From the NCBI GenBank assembly GCA_000091205.1, contig AP006500.2: a stretch of DNA of 64,000 nt; one strand, written 5' to 3'. The stretch's first letter is position 1; each line of letters opens with the position of its first letter. Source of the DNA: Cyanidioschyzon merolae (lineage: Eukaryota). Under the pieces are notes generated by a model. It did no database searches, was not told where the DNA came from, and saw nothing but the letters and a program-made list of their open reading frames with translations. Both the position numbers and the translations under genes were made by a program. This document shows, in pieces, positions 31,704 through 43,836 of the stretch.

Positions 31704-32689
31704 GGGTGCTAGCTCCCGTCACAGATAATCAAGACACACATTCCGGGGACCGGAACAGCGCAAGGTCCCCAGAAGCCCCGTCCAACGCTCTGTTTCCACC
31801 AAGGCACCGTGTAAACCGATAACGGGTGCGTTGTTTATCCACCAGCTTTTCAGGCTGTGATGCTTCCTTATGGGGCACGAAAATTTCTGGACCACCCGGA
31901 TCAGCACGTCCTTTTCGTTCTCGTTTATAGTTCACTCGCAGATGCTTACGAATAGCATGAGATGAAAAAGCTCACGCAAATACTTCATGCTGTCACTGGT
32001 AGTTCGTGGAAGACGACGACCTTACCTGTAAAAGTCAGTCATTCCATGTGGAGCACGTAGATGAACCAACGAACCAACAACCCGTCTCGTAGTCCTTATT
32101 CTGAGTGTCGTGCACCAAAACAAATGATCAAAAATCCCTTGTGCACAACGATCGCCCCGCCAATCCATTCCACTGCGTAGGTATCCCACGAAACACTCGT
32201 AGACGAACATCAGCATGTGCACTTTCCATACCATTGATACGAACGGTGATGAAGAGACACAGATGCGCAAAGACAGCAAAGCATGCCTGTAGGAGAGATC
32301 GTCCCGCGATGAACAACCTACCATCGGTTTCGTGCTGAAACGTGAACGTCCCGTCGCACGAGGGACAGAAATATGCCTCGTTCAGTCAATGCGACCTCGT
32401 TCCGGAGGTATCGAGGACTTGTCTACGGATACCCAGGAGGGAGCAATCCGCTGTTCGTCAACAGGACACCAACGAGCATTCCGAGAATACCCGCTCTGAC
32501 GGCTATTCAATGATGACGTCAACTGCGAGCGGTCAGGACGACAGCATCGCTCAACGCGTCATCTTTCGTCAAAGCGCTATGTCACTTGTCCTTCTCCTGC
32601 CCAAGGGCTCCCGTCCAGCTCTTGGACAACATCGCATACGACGACTGACAAGCGGCCAACGAATGCGACGCTGACACTGGCGTTCCGCT

Positions 32690-33060
32690 GCCCTTCATGC
32701 TAGCCTATTCGCCTCGCTTCGAGCATGTCCAAGGCGCCGTCTCTGTACTCAGACGCCGTGCTGATGCTGAGGTACCGATAGACGAGTCGTCCGCGTTCAC
32801 GAAACCGTCATGCAACAAGCCGTTCTCTGCCCTTAGTAGCGCTGAGCTGCTAGGTTGCTTCGCTGCTCGAGTCTTGCAGGGAGTGGCATACGCGCTTCGG
32901 CCCGTGTGAGATCTCGCGGTGAATAAGGTAACGAGAGCCTACCCGAAGAACCACAGACGCGAACAAGGGTAGGGAGCGTGAGTTTCGGAGCCGCCCATAT
33001 CTCAGGGCGTCTGCGTCTCAAGAAAGAAAACGGATATAGGGTCGAGGGATCACAGTCCTG
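32690..33060. repeat. Dispersed repeat family 2, copy 2
   Basis: Colinear similarity blocks with 10480-10870 (see that feature). Confidence 0.55.
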
Positions 33061-34684
33061 ACATTCGGCCATGTAGAGGAAAAGGAGAAGAAACTTCCAA
33101 GTCATTGAAGAAACAGATCTTTCGGGAACGAGGACACAAAAAGCCGGGAACGAAGAACAGTCGGTACGGGGAAGATCTATATCAAACAAGTTGCAAAGGC
33201 TGCACGACGAATACAGATCGACTGAGGGCCTCCTCCACAAAGTACGGCACAGCACGCCACTAGGGATCGCAGTGCTTGTCGCTCGAGGAAGGCTCGGCTA
33301 GCTTCTCACGCCCTGGCGCCCACTGCCAAGCAACTGTTCGCTGGCGTTCCGGACGCAGGGCTACCAGCTTCTCTCATTCGTCTGGAATGTGGCGATCAAA
33401 ACTTTGTGCAACAACACAGCTGATGCTTTGGACAGACGATGCAAGACGAGTTCATCATAGGATCAGGGGTGCGCACCCGTGCTTTTCCATAATACATTGA
33501 CGCGTTGGCATGCCATATCGGCGATCAAAGCATCTACAGTCCAGACATCGAAACGTTTGAGACCATTTTCGAAAAGCCAAGAGTATCAGCGGATCAATGT
33601 CGAGCGCTTCGTGCAGCGCACCATGGGGGCATTCTACCTAAAGCTTGCTGACCCAGAAAAATTCGGGACTGATGGAAGCGATTCCACCTACATGGAGTAC
33701 ATGAGCGTCCGACTGGCTCATGCGGACGACCTGTGGCAGGAGTCCACGGGATAGCGCCGCTGTTGCCAACGGTTCCGGGTACGTGGATGCGAGAATCGTG
33801 CATGAGGAAACCCTCTCTCTATAACCTGGAAAACGACATGACCGATCATTTGCCTTGCTCGATGTTGTTAGCCTATGGCGTTTGGCATGCTGTAGCGCGC
33901 GGCGAGGGGTGCACGCTTGTCGTTTATACAGGAGCGCATAACGAGATTAGGACGTGATACGAACATCGCGAGCACTGGTGCCGCTCAGACACTTGAGGCG
34001 AGAGAAAGAGCGAAACAGAGCCGGATGTATAGGATAGTACGCATGATGCTGACCGAACGTCAGCTTGCGAGGCAATCGCTCATGAGAGGCTTGCAATAGG
34101 ACGATTCCACGAGCAACCACGCGGACAAACACATTCCCACCGGGAGTTGAACGCCTCGATCCACGTCGAGAAAATGTCTCGCACCTCCGTAACTTCCAGC
34201 GGTATTGCTTCGATCGGGCTGTGGACGGAATCGTTTAGTACTCAGTATGGGCATCGTGCTGGAAAGCTGAAGACTGACGATGCAAAACACCATTGGCTAG
34301 GATAGATGGCATTGGATTCTCGCGTGGACCAAGGCACCGGTATGGTGCTGTTCAGCAATCCAGCAAAACTAGAGCGCCACATATGTATTCACTGGGAACG
34401 ATATTCTGTGCCCAGTGGTGGTAGATAACGATGGTCCATGATTTGATGTTGTTGTGAAATCCCCAATTGTACACAAGTTTCCGTAGAATGGCACCAGGAG
34501 CGTAGGCGCTGTGGCAACCACGGTTCCCGTAGGTCCTCGCGACAGCAGTGCGGTACAGCTACGAACTGACAGGTATAACCCGAACAGCGCTGGTTCCGGA
34601 GTCCTAGTGCCAGAACGTCAGCAGCAGCGGTTGTAGAAGTCGTATGGGCGGTGGTCGGTATTGCAACCTGGCTTTCACCGACTG

Positions 34685-36352
34685 CTAGGCCCAAAAGCAC
34701 TGCTCTTCGGGAGGGTCAGCGTTCGCACGGAAACTGCTCAGGGCGTGGTCGTACTCTTGGTACCAAAGACGCCAGCGCTGTTGTTTCCAAAAGCATTGAG
34801 CAGCGAACCAAGAGCTCCGATCCACGTGCCAAGGCTTCATGGGGCCGTTGAAGTGGAGTACTCGCGTCTGACGACTCCGAAATCGACGCTGGCAGGTGGT
34901 ATTGAACGCAACAGGCAGCTCTGTGAAGGTGTCTTTGAAGAAGTAGTTGAGAAGTGGCTGGTCACCATAGGGGAAGGGGTAGCCGCGCGTATACGCCGAG
35001 CGCCATTCTTCGTAAAGCAAGCAGTTTCGCAGCGCCTGATACGTATGCAGACCTGGATGGATGACCATGACTCCACTGTTGAAAAGACCGCATCCACTTT
35101 TGACCGCGGCAAGTTCTTCATAGCGGAAGAGTTCATGTAACGCCCCGAGCACGATGGTGTCCGCATCGAGGTAGATGAGTTTCTCAAAGTCGACCAACTC
35201 CCAGATATTCAGTTTGTCGAATGTGGAGCGTTCCCACTGATCGTGCGCATCCGTGAACCTGGATGCAGCGTGCGACGCAGTTCCATGCCGCACTGCGCGG
35301 CGGGAAAAGGGTCTTTTCAGCTCGCGGTTGGAGAGATCTCTGGAGCTGAGAAATCCCTGCCACTCGAGATCGCTCAGAAAACTCGAACAGGAGCGGACAT
35401 CCCAGCCAGCTCTCGAAAGGACCTCGCGATGCCATTTATCCACCGCGGTGGACACCACCAAACATATCATTGGAATGCCGGCATGGTACTGTTGCAGGGT
35501 AGAAGCAAGCACCACCGCTGGCAACACGTATGTTCCGGAAGAACAAACGGTGACAAAAGCACAGGGAGCGCGGCCGTTGGGGCGAGCTTGCACACGCGGC
35601 GCGCGCAGAAAAGGCCGTGGCTTCTCCATTGGGGTCGCAGGAGACACCTCTGATTCATTGTCTGCACGATCGCGCCGTAGCGGGCGGCTTGCACTCACTT
35701 GATCAAACGCATTTCGCATAACGTGCTCTGTTTGCCGAGTTGCTAACAGCGCTCGATACTGCGTTTTATCGTGAGGGAAATCGCTGCCAGTTTTTAAAGG
35801 TGTCCCATCTGGAGTTATAAGGGAATCGGAGCCCAATGGAGACGTCTCCTCATATAGTTTTGGCGCTAAACGGGCAATCGATCCGCTCAGGGCTGGATTC
35901 ATTTTCTCGTTCAGATAGCGCATGCCGAGACCATGACCCAAAATTGCAAGAAACAGACGCCGCTCCAGTCCGTGTTGAACATCAGGCGCACGCTGCTGCG
36001 CGCGTTTTCGGGCAGAGCGCACTGCCTGCCTCCAGCCGAACCAGACCAAGACGCCGATACCAGCCCCAATTGTGGTCGTATCCGAGTAGTGAAGAACGTT
36101 CCGCACTCGTTCAAGAGAGCTGCGCGCACACGAAGAAAAACTCTTCAACCGTGATTCCGACGGTGGCGCTGCACTCTCGTCGCTGTACGGTTCAGGAACA
36201 GCGGCCCGACGAGCGTCGCGCGCACCACTGCTCTGTTTACCTACAGCAGTTTGAGATTCGAACGCCCTGTTTATCTCAGCAGGATCGTCATAATACTCGA
36301 TAAGGACATCATTTTCAACCACAGCGTCTGCACGCTGCTTTTCTCCCCACAT
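34685..36352 (-). CDS. GT8-family glycosyltransferase (glycogenin/GUX-like), probable type II membrane protein
   Basis: The GT8 core is CAFVTVCSSGTYVLPAVVLASTLQQ ... YLDADTIVLGALHELF ... HFNGPMKPW. It has a TM anchor IGAGIGVLVWFGW. The ORF stays open up to 36787. The first plausible ATG, at 36352, is used here, so the start is uncertain. Confidence 0.65.
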   Translation of the reverse strand: MWGEKQRADAVVENDVLIEYYDDPAEINRAFESQTAVGKQSSGARDARRAAVPEPYSDESAAPPSESRLKSFSSCARSSLERVRNVLHYSDTTTIGAGIGVLVWFGWRQAVRSARKRAQQRAPDVQHGLERRLFLAILGHGLGMRYLNEKMNPALSGSIARLAPKLYEETSPLGSDSLITPDGTPLKTGSDFPHDKTQYRALLATRQTEHVMRNAFDQVSASRPLRRDRADNESEVSPATPMEKPRPFLRAPRVQARPNGRAPCAFVTVCSSGTYVLPAVVLASTLQQYHAGIPMICLVVSTAVDKWHREVLSRAGWDVRSCSSFLSDLEWQGFLSSRDLSNRELKRPFSRRAVRHGTASHAASRFTDAHDQWERSTFDKLNIWELVDFEKLIYLDADTIVLGALHELFRYEELAAVKSGCGLFNSGVMVIHPGLHTYQALRNCLLYEEWRSAYTRGYPFPYGDQPLLNYFFKDTFTELPVAFNTTCQRRFRSRQTRVLHFNGPMKPWHVDRSSWFAAQCFWKQQRWRLWYQEYDHALSSFRANADPPEEQCFWA

Positions 36353-36455
36353 ACGGTATGCCGACCAGACGCACTGGATATGCTCCGTATTTCCCAAGGC
36401 CAGAGCAGAGCGCTGCAGCGTAGCGCCGGAGATGTAGCCGAGTTCCGTTTCGGAG

Positions 36456-36720
36456 GGCGCTGCGCAGGCCTGCGCGCTCGGGCGGATCCCGAACGCGCGA
36501 TTTGAATGGCTTTCGCGCCATCGCTGCGTGCGCCTGTGCGGCGATTTCCGGATCCAGGGGGCAGCGGGAGGGGCGTTTCGCCCGCAGGCCTGCGCGCTCG
36601 GGCGGATCCCGAACGCGCGATTTGAATGGCTTTCGCGCCATCGCTGCGTGCGCCTGTGCGGCGATTTCCGGATCCAGGGGGCAGCGGGAGGGGCGTTTCG
36701 CCCGCAGGCCTGCGCGCCCG
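36456..36720. repeat. Tandem duplication of a 121-bp unit (about 2.2 copies), GC-rich
   Basis: gcaggcctgcgcgctcgggcggatcccgaacgcgcgatttgaatggctttcgcgccatcgctgcgtgcgcctgtgcggcgatttccggatccagggggcagcgggaggggcgtttcgcc is repeated. It lies upstream of the GT8 ATG and inside the extended GT8 ORF. Confidence 0.85.
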
Positions 36721-39700
36721 GCATCTTTCGCGCCATTGCCGGATGTGTGCCTCGTTTACGGATGGTATGTCGGATCGATGCATCCAAACAAAACCATCGG
36801 AAGCGCGAGCGGTGCCATGGATTAGGCGAAAACTAGCTTTGTGCTCTACATTCGCCTTTGCACCTGCATACTCCTAGTTTAATGATGGTGTCGAATCGAT
36901 GGATTCTCCAGGATTCCATCGGATGTGAGAGCATTGCTGGCAATCAGGGGAAAGACTAGTGCTCGACTGGAAACGCAACCACATGGCCGTATGCACGATC
37001 GCTCGCGGGAGCGTGCACGCATGCAGAGCGTTCGCGTGGTGTTGCCTGCGCTCGCGCTCAGCTTGAACGGCGACTTGAGGCGCTTGGAGACGCTTTGGGA
37101 GGAGTGAAAATTCGGACAAAGCTGTACCAGTGGTCCACTTGGCATTCGTATGATATGTAGTTGCTCCTGCGGTATTCGTCACAGCGTTATATGCTTGGTC
37201 TCATCGGAGGAATGCATGGTTTGTAATATGAATTCGAAATGACTTTTACTCGCTTTATGGTTTCAATTTGTGTTTTTGTGTTATGCGGGCATGGTTGCGG
37301 TGCTGGGCGCCCCGCAGATCACCGTCCTACCTCCGAGTCATATGACACTGGGCCACCGCACTGATTGCCGGGCGTCAGCTTTGCGATATTTTCTGAGTTT
37401 TTTGCTGGGTGTACAGCCTTGGGATGAAGCATGAAGCAGTAAAGGGCTATCCGTTCATGCGTAGTTTTAGGACTTTCGGTCGTCATTTCGGAGTGGCACG
37501 ATTGACACATTGGTGCTGGAATTCGCAACAACATCGGCATCAAGATGATTCGCGACGCCCTCGAACAAGGGTTCCATTCATTACCGATATCATGATCTAG
37601 CTCATACGTACAAGCACCGAATATTGTTCTGTCCTGTGTGTAGTATGCGCACATGAAGCATTCTTCAATTTTTCGATCTTTTTTGTTTCATGGGAACTCG
37701 GAGACGCGGCTACTCGCTCCGCTGGGTTGATGAGGGGAAAACTCGAGAGCGTCGCTTAACGACTGCTTTAGGAGGTGATGCCTAAAGCTCAATGAATTTC
37801 GCAAATCAATGTATCGATTCCGTTCGAAAGGCATAGCCACCTCTCCTCTTGGCAATCGGCTACATGGAATTCTGCTGCTGCTGCAACAGCAGCAAGATAG
37901 TTCTCAGGCGATATGTTTCCAGGTGCTCGCGCCTCTTCTGTCTGCATGGAAAAGAGTCTCGGACACGGAATTTACTCATCGCAGTGACCGCTTCGAGTGG
38001 ACAGTGCTACGCTGCTTTTGCACCGTACGAGCGCATACAGAACGACCTTTCTCGACTCGAGTTCCAGCCTGGATATTCCGTCCGGTACTTGTTTCTGCAT
38101 GAATAGCATCGGGTGCCACAAATCCTCTATCGAATGGAACAGCATGCGCATGCGTGTGCAATGGAGATACTAGTCGCTAAGCGGACCACCCAGAGGCAGC
38201 CCGTGAACCTGGGGTACGGCACAGGGCTTGGAAGGGGGCCAGCGCTTCGCCGGGTGCCTTCTATTCCCTCCAACGCCATGTACCGAGCGATGCAGCAAGG
38301 CGTCATACGCCACCGGAATGCCCCCAAGGTAAAATATATGGTGGATACGTGTAAAAGCGCTGAACAAAGTCCAGTGTCGCCGCTGCGAGGGAGACACCCA
38401 GTTCGTATGAAAAGAAAATGGAAATGAGAAGCGAAGCCTTTACTGCAGCCTTGCGCCTGTGCATGAAGTTTGTCGACAACAGCCGGGACCACCAAAATCG
38501 GGAAGCGAACGCCACCGTTAACATCCCTCCACTGCTGACAGCGGAGCTGGGGTTCCAGAAGAGCTGGTCTTTTTTAAAGCCGGATATGAGTGAGCAAAAA
38601 GGAAGCGACCACCGAGAATCCAGCAAAGGCTTGCGTTGAAGACTATAGAAAGAGACCGAAACTTTAGAGTTTAGCCTTAATTGGCAAACTGGACCCCTTC
38701 TTCTAGATGCTGACTGGCATGCACCACCCATCTCATCTAAAAATCGCTACACACTGTCAGGCGGCTCCCCGTATTGCCTATCACTAAAACTCACAGGTTT
38801 CGGCGACGCGCTCAGTGCGTGCCATATGCCGAACAGCAAATCCGTCTGATTCGAGACCTGTTGTGCGGGCGCCCTGAGAAAGGCCATTTCGCACAGACAG
38901 CCAATGGTCCGACTGCGCGTGCTCCCTCGACACCCTGCTTTGAGACTGGCCGTAAGGCGCCGCATCCCGTGGACGACTCTTACATTATTGACAGTGTTTT
39001 TACACATTCCGCTCGATGCACCAGTTGGAATATGAAAATGCCTCGCATTGGCAGTAGAATTCATATCATGGATATGCGGCATGCGTCAGTTCGGAAAGCT
39101 GGATGAGCGGGACGGCCGGTCACCGAAAGAAGAGCGCAACCTCAGAGCTGATCGACGCAGTCCCGAGCGAGCCAGTACGTGAGTTTGTGCTATCTTCGGC
39201 CGGCTGACCGGTTCCCAACTGCGTCAACTATCTCTGTTCGGCAGTCGGCAGCTACCTCCATGTAGTTCAGCGAATGACGCTTCTCGCGGACGCGCACTGG
39301 GCTGCAAGGATCGACTCGAGCTCAAAACCGGTTCTAGCACGCTGAATACAAGCTCGGTTCCGTGCAGCATTTTGCGCTTATCAATCAAGAGCCCGTCCAG
39401 CACAATGGTAACGGTGCGGTAGTCCATTCGCACTCAATAAAGTGTCCATGAAACGCAACTCGGACAAAAACAAACAACCTGCGGCTGTTCACGGGCACAC
39501 TGCCTACGCCAGCATATTCGTCACTGTCATCGCACTCTTTTCCGCGCGCGCAGCTACCAAACCTAGCCCTGAATCGTCGATGAAATTGAACCGTTGTTGC
39601 GGCATCCGCCACGTTTGTAGCCGTTTCAGAAGAAAGCTCATAATATCGCCCAGGCAGTCATGAAACGAAGCGCCGTGGTTATGACGTCGCATCGATGATA

Positions 39701-40050
39701 CCTACTTCAGCTCCCCGAGCGCACATATGGTATTGGCGTCTGCAAAACCAACCATCAATCATCGTCCGAATCCAAGTTCCACAGTCCGCAACCAAATTCT
39801 CCTTCGCAAATAGCAACCTTTTTCCAAACGAGCCCACGGAATCCTGACGCAAACTTGCTCGCTCGCGCGTCGAGCGGTATGCGGAAGCAGCGCGCCCCGG
39901 CGAAGGCACGCATCGTCAATGGACACGTGTCCACGCGCCTCCTGTACACGCACCCGCGCATGGCGCTGTCGTCGGCATCGCCTTGGACGCATCTCGGGGA
40001 CAGCATCTCGATTGCATGTTGGCGTGTACGCGGAAGTTGCCGTTGGACCT

Positions 40051-40560
40051 ATGTCTCATCTGCAGATTGAGATCGACGAATCCCTCCGTTTCCCGGCAGC
40101 GACCTTGAAAAAGATCATACGTCGGAAACTGGACAAGCTGCTGTCTGATGAGCTGGTCCCGCGGGAAGACGGCGCCTCCGAGGCTCGACGCGTCCAGCTG
40201 GACAAGGACGCGCAGTTGGCCTTCTCCGCCGCAGCCACCGTTTTCGTGTCGTACATTACCGCAATTTCGACTGCAGTTGGGGCAGAGCGAAAACGCACCA
40301 CGTTGAACATGGATGACGTTATAGAAGCGCTTCGGAGGACCGAGTTTGAGGACTTCGCGGTCGAAGTAGAGCAGTTCGTTCAAAACTGGCGCATGCTGAA
40401 CGAGCGGCGCAAGGCGCAGGCACGGCAAGCGCGGGTTGAGCGCAAGCGGAAAGAGCCTGAAAACAGCGACGTCGAGAACGACGACGGCGCATACGCTTCC
40501 GACATGCCACAGGAAGACACCGAAGATCCCGAAGAGGACGATCTGATAGAGGGTACCTGA
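40051..40560 (+). CDS. Histone-fold protein, DNA polymerase epsilon subunit 3 / CHRAC / Dpb4-like, with an acidic C-terminal tail
   Basis: The segment LRFPAATLKKIIRRKL...AATVFVSYITAISTAVGAERKRTTLNMDDVIEALRRTEFEDFAVEVEQ resembles POLE3 ([41 protein letters not shown]). The C-terminus is D/E-rich. The ATG is at 40051. Confidence 0.65.
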   Translation: MSHLQIEIDESLRFPAATLKKIIRRKLDKLLSDELVPREDGASEARRVQLDKDAQLAFSAAATVFVSYITAISTAVGAERKRTTLNMDDVIEALRRTEFEDFAVEVEQFVQNWRMLNERRKAQARQARVERKRKEPENSDVENDDGAYASDMPQEDTEDPEEDDLIEGT

Positions 40561-40918
40561 CTCACGGAAGACGACTGCAGGCTCCGGGAGGCTTATCGCG
40601 CCGGTCAAGCACCTTGTCAGATGTCGAGGCTCAACGCTGGTGCGTATGGGCGAACTCAAATACGTGTCCACCGGATCAAGGGCACGATGTAAGCTCCAAT
40701 GATCATGAGACGCAATGAATTAGTCAAGTCCTACATAATCGGTTCCCCTGAGGCGCAAAGAGACAGCAGCTTGGGCAGGACTGTGAATTGGTCGCTGTCC
40801 TGCGAGCCTAGTGAAAGAACGGTGTTGCTTCGTGGTCGTTTCGTGGACCCTGACAACCGAGACAAACCGCTCTGTCAATTCTTTCTCCGGAATTGTGTTC
40901 CGCCCCCCAGATGTGTGT

Positions 40919-41417
40919 ACTGAATTGCTTTTTCACAATTTATACCATGCGCATTCGAAGTATGTTTATTTGAGGAAACAGAAATCTAAGTGAAAGGCAT
41001 GGACATGCAAGTCGGCAATCCTGGATGACAGTCAATGCCGGCTGCCGGAAACAATCCTCCTCTTGTCGACCATCGAGCGCAGAGGCGCAAGTGACGACGA
41101 AGACGAAGAGGGCGAATAGGCGAAAAACAGTGCCTCCCGACGGGACGATAACGAGACTTTTGTCGCACAGAGGGTACGGGTCTGAGAAATCCTTGCAAAG
41201 GTGCGTTCAACCGGTGTCAATGTACGCAAGGAGTTCGTGAGCCCAGACCTCAACGCCGCCGTCAATATCACACAATGTGTAGCACTGGAGACTAGACCCG
41301 CGGAGCCGACGCGAGCGAACTTTGCAGGGCATCCTCTCCCGCTCGATGTGTACAAGCAGAAACTAAAACCGATAGCAGTCGGACGGTCGAAAAGGGATGG
41401 GAGGCGTCTTCCAATGG
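40919..41417 (+). mobile_element. Non-autonomous internally deleted Fanzor-family element (copy D)
   Basis: The 5' end actgaattgcttttt and the ORF start ATGGACATGCAAGTCGGCAATCCTGGA are retained. A remnant KEFVSPDLNAAVNITQC (RuvC-III with D intact) is followed by the 3' module gatagcagtcggacggtcgaaaagggatgggaggcgtcttccaatgg. Confidence 0.65.
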
Positions 41418-41750
41418 TTTTCCATTTACCCTACACGGTCGTGGGACATTTTTTGTTTCACGAACATTTATGTATATTGGGGAATAATTGCATCAGAGAG
41501 GTGATTGTTGCTTGCTTCCGCTTGTGGTGATCCACGCCGACATCTCCACACCATCGAAGAACGATGTGCATCCGTCCGCAAATGACGCATCCCGCACATG
41601 CCTCCTGCTCCTACGATGACTGTCTATACGTTGACGATGCGAACCAAGCCAAAGACAAGTTTAAACAGAAAAACCTCGCTTTCGTCGCGCGATGTCGTTG
41701 ATATGCAGCGCCGGTCGGGATCACTCCTGTTCACGGGTACGCACCGTGCG

Positions 41751-42266
41751 TTATTCATCATCGGGATCTTTGGAGTCATCGAGACTCCAGCGCAACGATT
41801 CCACTTCGTGTTTCAGGCGAAGAGTCGACTCTCTGATTTTGGTGGCAAGAAGCTCGCCCTCCTCAATCTCGTCATCGGTGAGGCTGCGTTTTGCCCGCCA
41901 GTCCATCGTTCGGACTAGAACATGGGCACCGGAGGTCGCTTCCGGAAAAGGACACGGCAAAAGCACTGTCGACACGTAGCCGGTATAACGTGCGTCATTT
42001 CGTAGCTCGAGGAGAATATTTTTCCGCTCCTCGTCGATTGTGACGCGCTCCTCAACGAGGCGACCATCTGAAAAGTACAGACGTCGATCGTGCTGTTGTC
42101 GAAACCTAGCAACACCTGTGGGATCCTCAGCAACTGAAAGAGGTACAATTTCAGCCCGCTCAAGTCCGGGCATAAACTGTTCGTCACTCTGGAGCTTGTC
42201 AAGCAGTAAACCCCAGAGCACATCCAGGTCTGCGTGAATAAGTGCGGCGTACGTTGCTGTCGGCAT
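41751..42266 (-). CDS. Hypothetical protein, possible SRPBCC/START-like N-terminal domain with an acidic coiled-coil C-terminus
   Basis: A 171-aa ORF with ATG at 42264-42266, reading MPTATYAALIHADLDVLWGLLLDKLQSDEQFMPG. The fold assignment is weak. Confidence 0.35.
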   Translation of the reverse strand: MPTATYAALIHADLDVLWGLLLDKLQSDEQFMPGLERAEIVPLSVAEDPTGVARFRQQHDRRLYFSDGRLVEERVTIDEERKNILLELRNDARYTGYVSTVLLPCPFPEATSGAHVLVRTMDWRAKRSLTDDEIEEGELLATKIRESTLRLKHEVESLRWSLDDSKDPDDE

Positions 42267-43493
42267 ACAAACGGCGACAAGGCAAACCGAAGACAGCTAT
42301 CCACCACTTTTGCGATTCGTCTCCAAAAGCGGTACCAACGAGCGCTACGTGTCACTAACGAACGACTTTCCGTTGAGTAGTCACCAATAATGCAACCAGT
42401 TTCCCCGAGTCAAGCGAACAAGCGCTGCGTCCCGTTTCCAGAAGCGTACAACCCCTGTATGGACCCGCGCGGTAGTTGTCTGAAAAAAGGCCTCTTCAGC
42501 CGCGTGACGCCGCTCGAACAGAGTCTTATCAGTGAGCTACCAACCAAAGCAAAGATTCTCTTAAATAGCAACCTTGCTGATCCACGTCGCAAAATCACGT
42601 ACCAGATAGCAGTATCTGCTGTAGTACCACAAACTCCGCTGCCTAGACGCCGTCGTGTGCAGCGCAATGACCAGCGCAGACGCGGATCGAAAATTCCGGT
42701 GCATCGCGTGACGGCCTCCGCAGTCGCATCGCCTTCTTGAGCGCCGTATTCCCTTTCTATCTGGGAGATGATCTGTCTCAGGGGTGGTAGAAGAGACCAG
42801 ATACCCTCGGGTACGCGTACATGACCAGGATTAACCGAATAAACAGAAGATGTTCCCGTTCCACGCCTCCAGAACAAGACTTTCCTCCAGAACAACATCT
42901 CCTTCGTGCGTGTGTACGATACGTATGCTGCATAGCCGCGTGCCGCACGAGTCAGGACGACTCTGAGACCACAGCAAACGAATGAAAGACTGTTTTGGGT
43001 AGCATGCTGGATGCCCGGCTCACGACTGACGCCACGACATTCGTATCATGCCGCGTCCACTGCTTGTGCGATACGCAAGTACAAGCGTGCGGTTCCATGC
43101 ACATGCAGCAGAGCTGCGGTTCGGCGCACGTAGGTGCATCCTGTGCCTCGCCATCCCTGAAAGAGACAACCGGGTACGGCACCTTGTCTATCGACGGTTG
43201 TAACGTGCTCCCGCTGGTTGCGGCGACGCTCAGGGCTTTGCGCGAACTCCTGGCGATCCATGCGCTCTGTGGGCGTACACCTATGCGCTGCTGCTGTCGT
43301 GAATGCTGTCGTCAGTACCGTCGTTATCTTCGATGCCGTTTCCGACGCCCACACAATGATCCGGAGCGATGCGAAACGGCATCTCGTCTCGAAGCTAGCG
43401 ATACCATTCGACGCTCGCGCATTCACTCGAAAACATGGAACAACCACTCGACTGGACGATGAAACCTACGCAGAAACAATGAAATAAAGACAT

Positions 43494-43713
43494 ACACCAT
43501 GAAAGATGCGCATATACACTGGACGAGACTGTCGTGCCGCACGCGCGCCCCCCCGCCGCCAGCACTGGAACCCGCACGAGCAGTGTTGTTCCTCGTATCA
43601 GACATACACCATGAAAGATGCGCATATACACTGGACGAGACTGTCGTGCCGCACGCGCGCCCCCCCGCCGCCAGCACTGGAACCCGCCCGAGCAGTGTTG
43701 TTCCTCGTATCGC
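43494..43713. repeat. Tandem duplication of a 113-bp unit (2 copies) upstream of the M28 peptidase gene
   Basis: acaccatgaaagatgcgcatatacactggacgagactgtcgtgccgcacgcgcgcccccccgccgccagcactggaacccgc...gttgttcctcgtatc occurs twice, at 43494 and 43607. Confidence 0.85.
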
Positions 43714-43836
43714 TGGCGACCTGTGCGAATCTCGACGCGTCCAGAGCCGAGTTCGAAGCGTTCATGATCCGTAGGGCGCTTTTGTGCTAGGCAATTCTCT
43801 GCGATAACTTGGTGTCTATTTCTTGTTTTAGGACCT

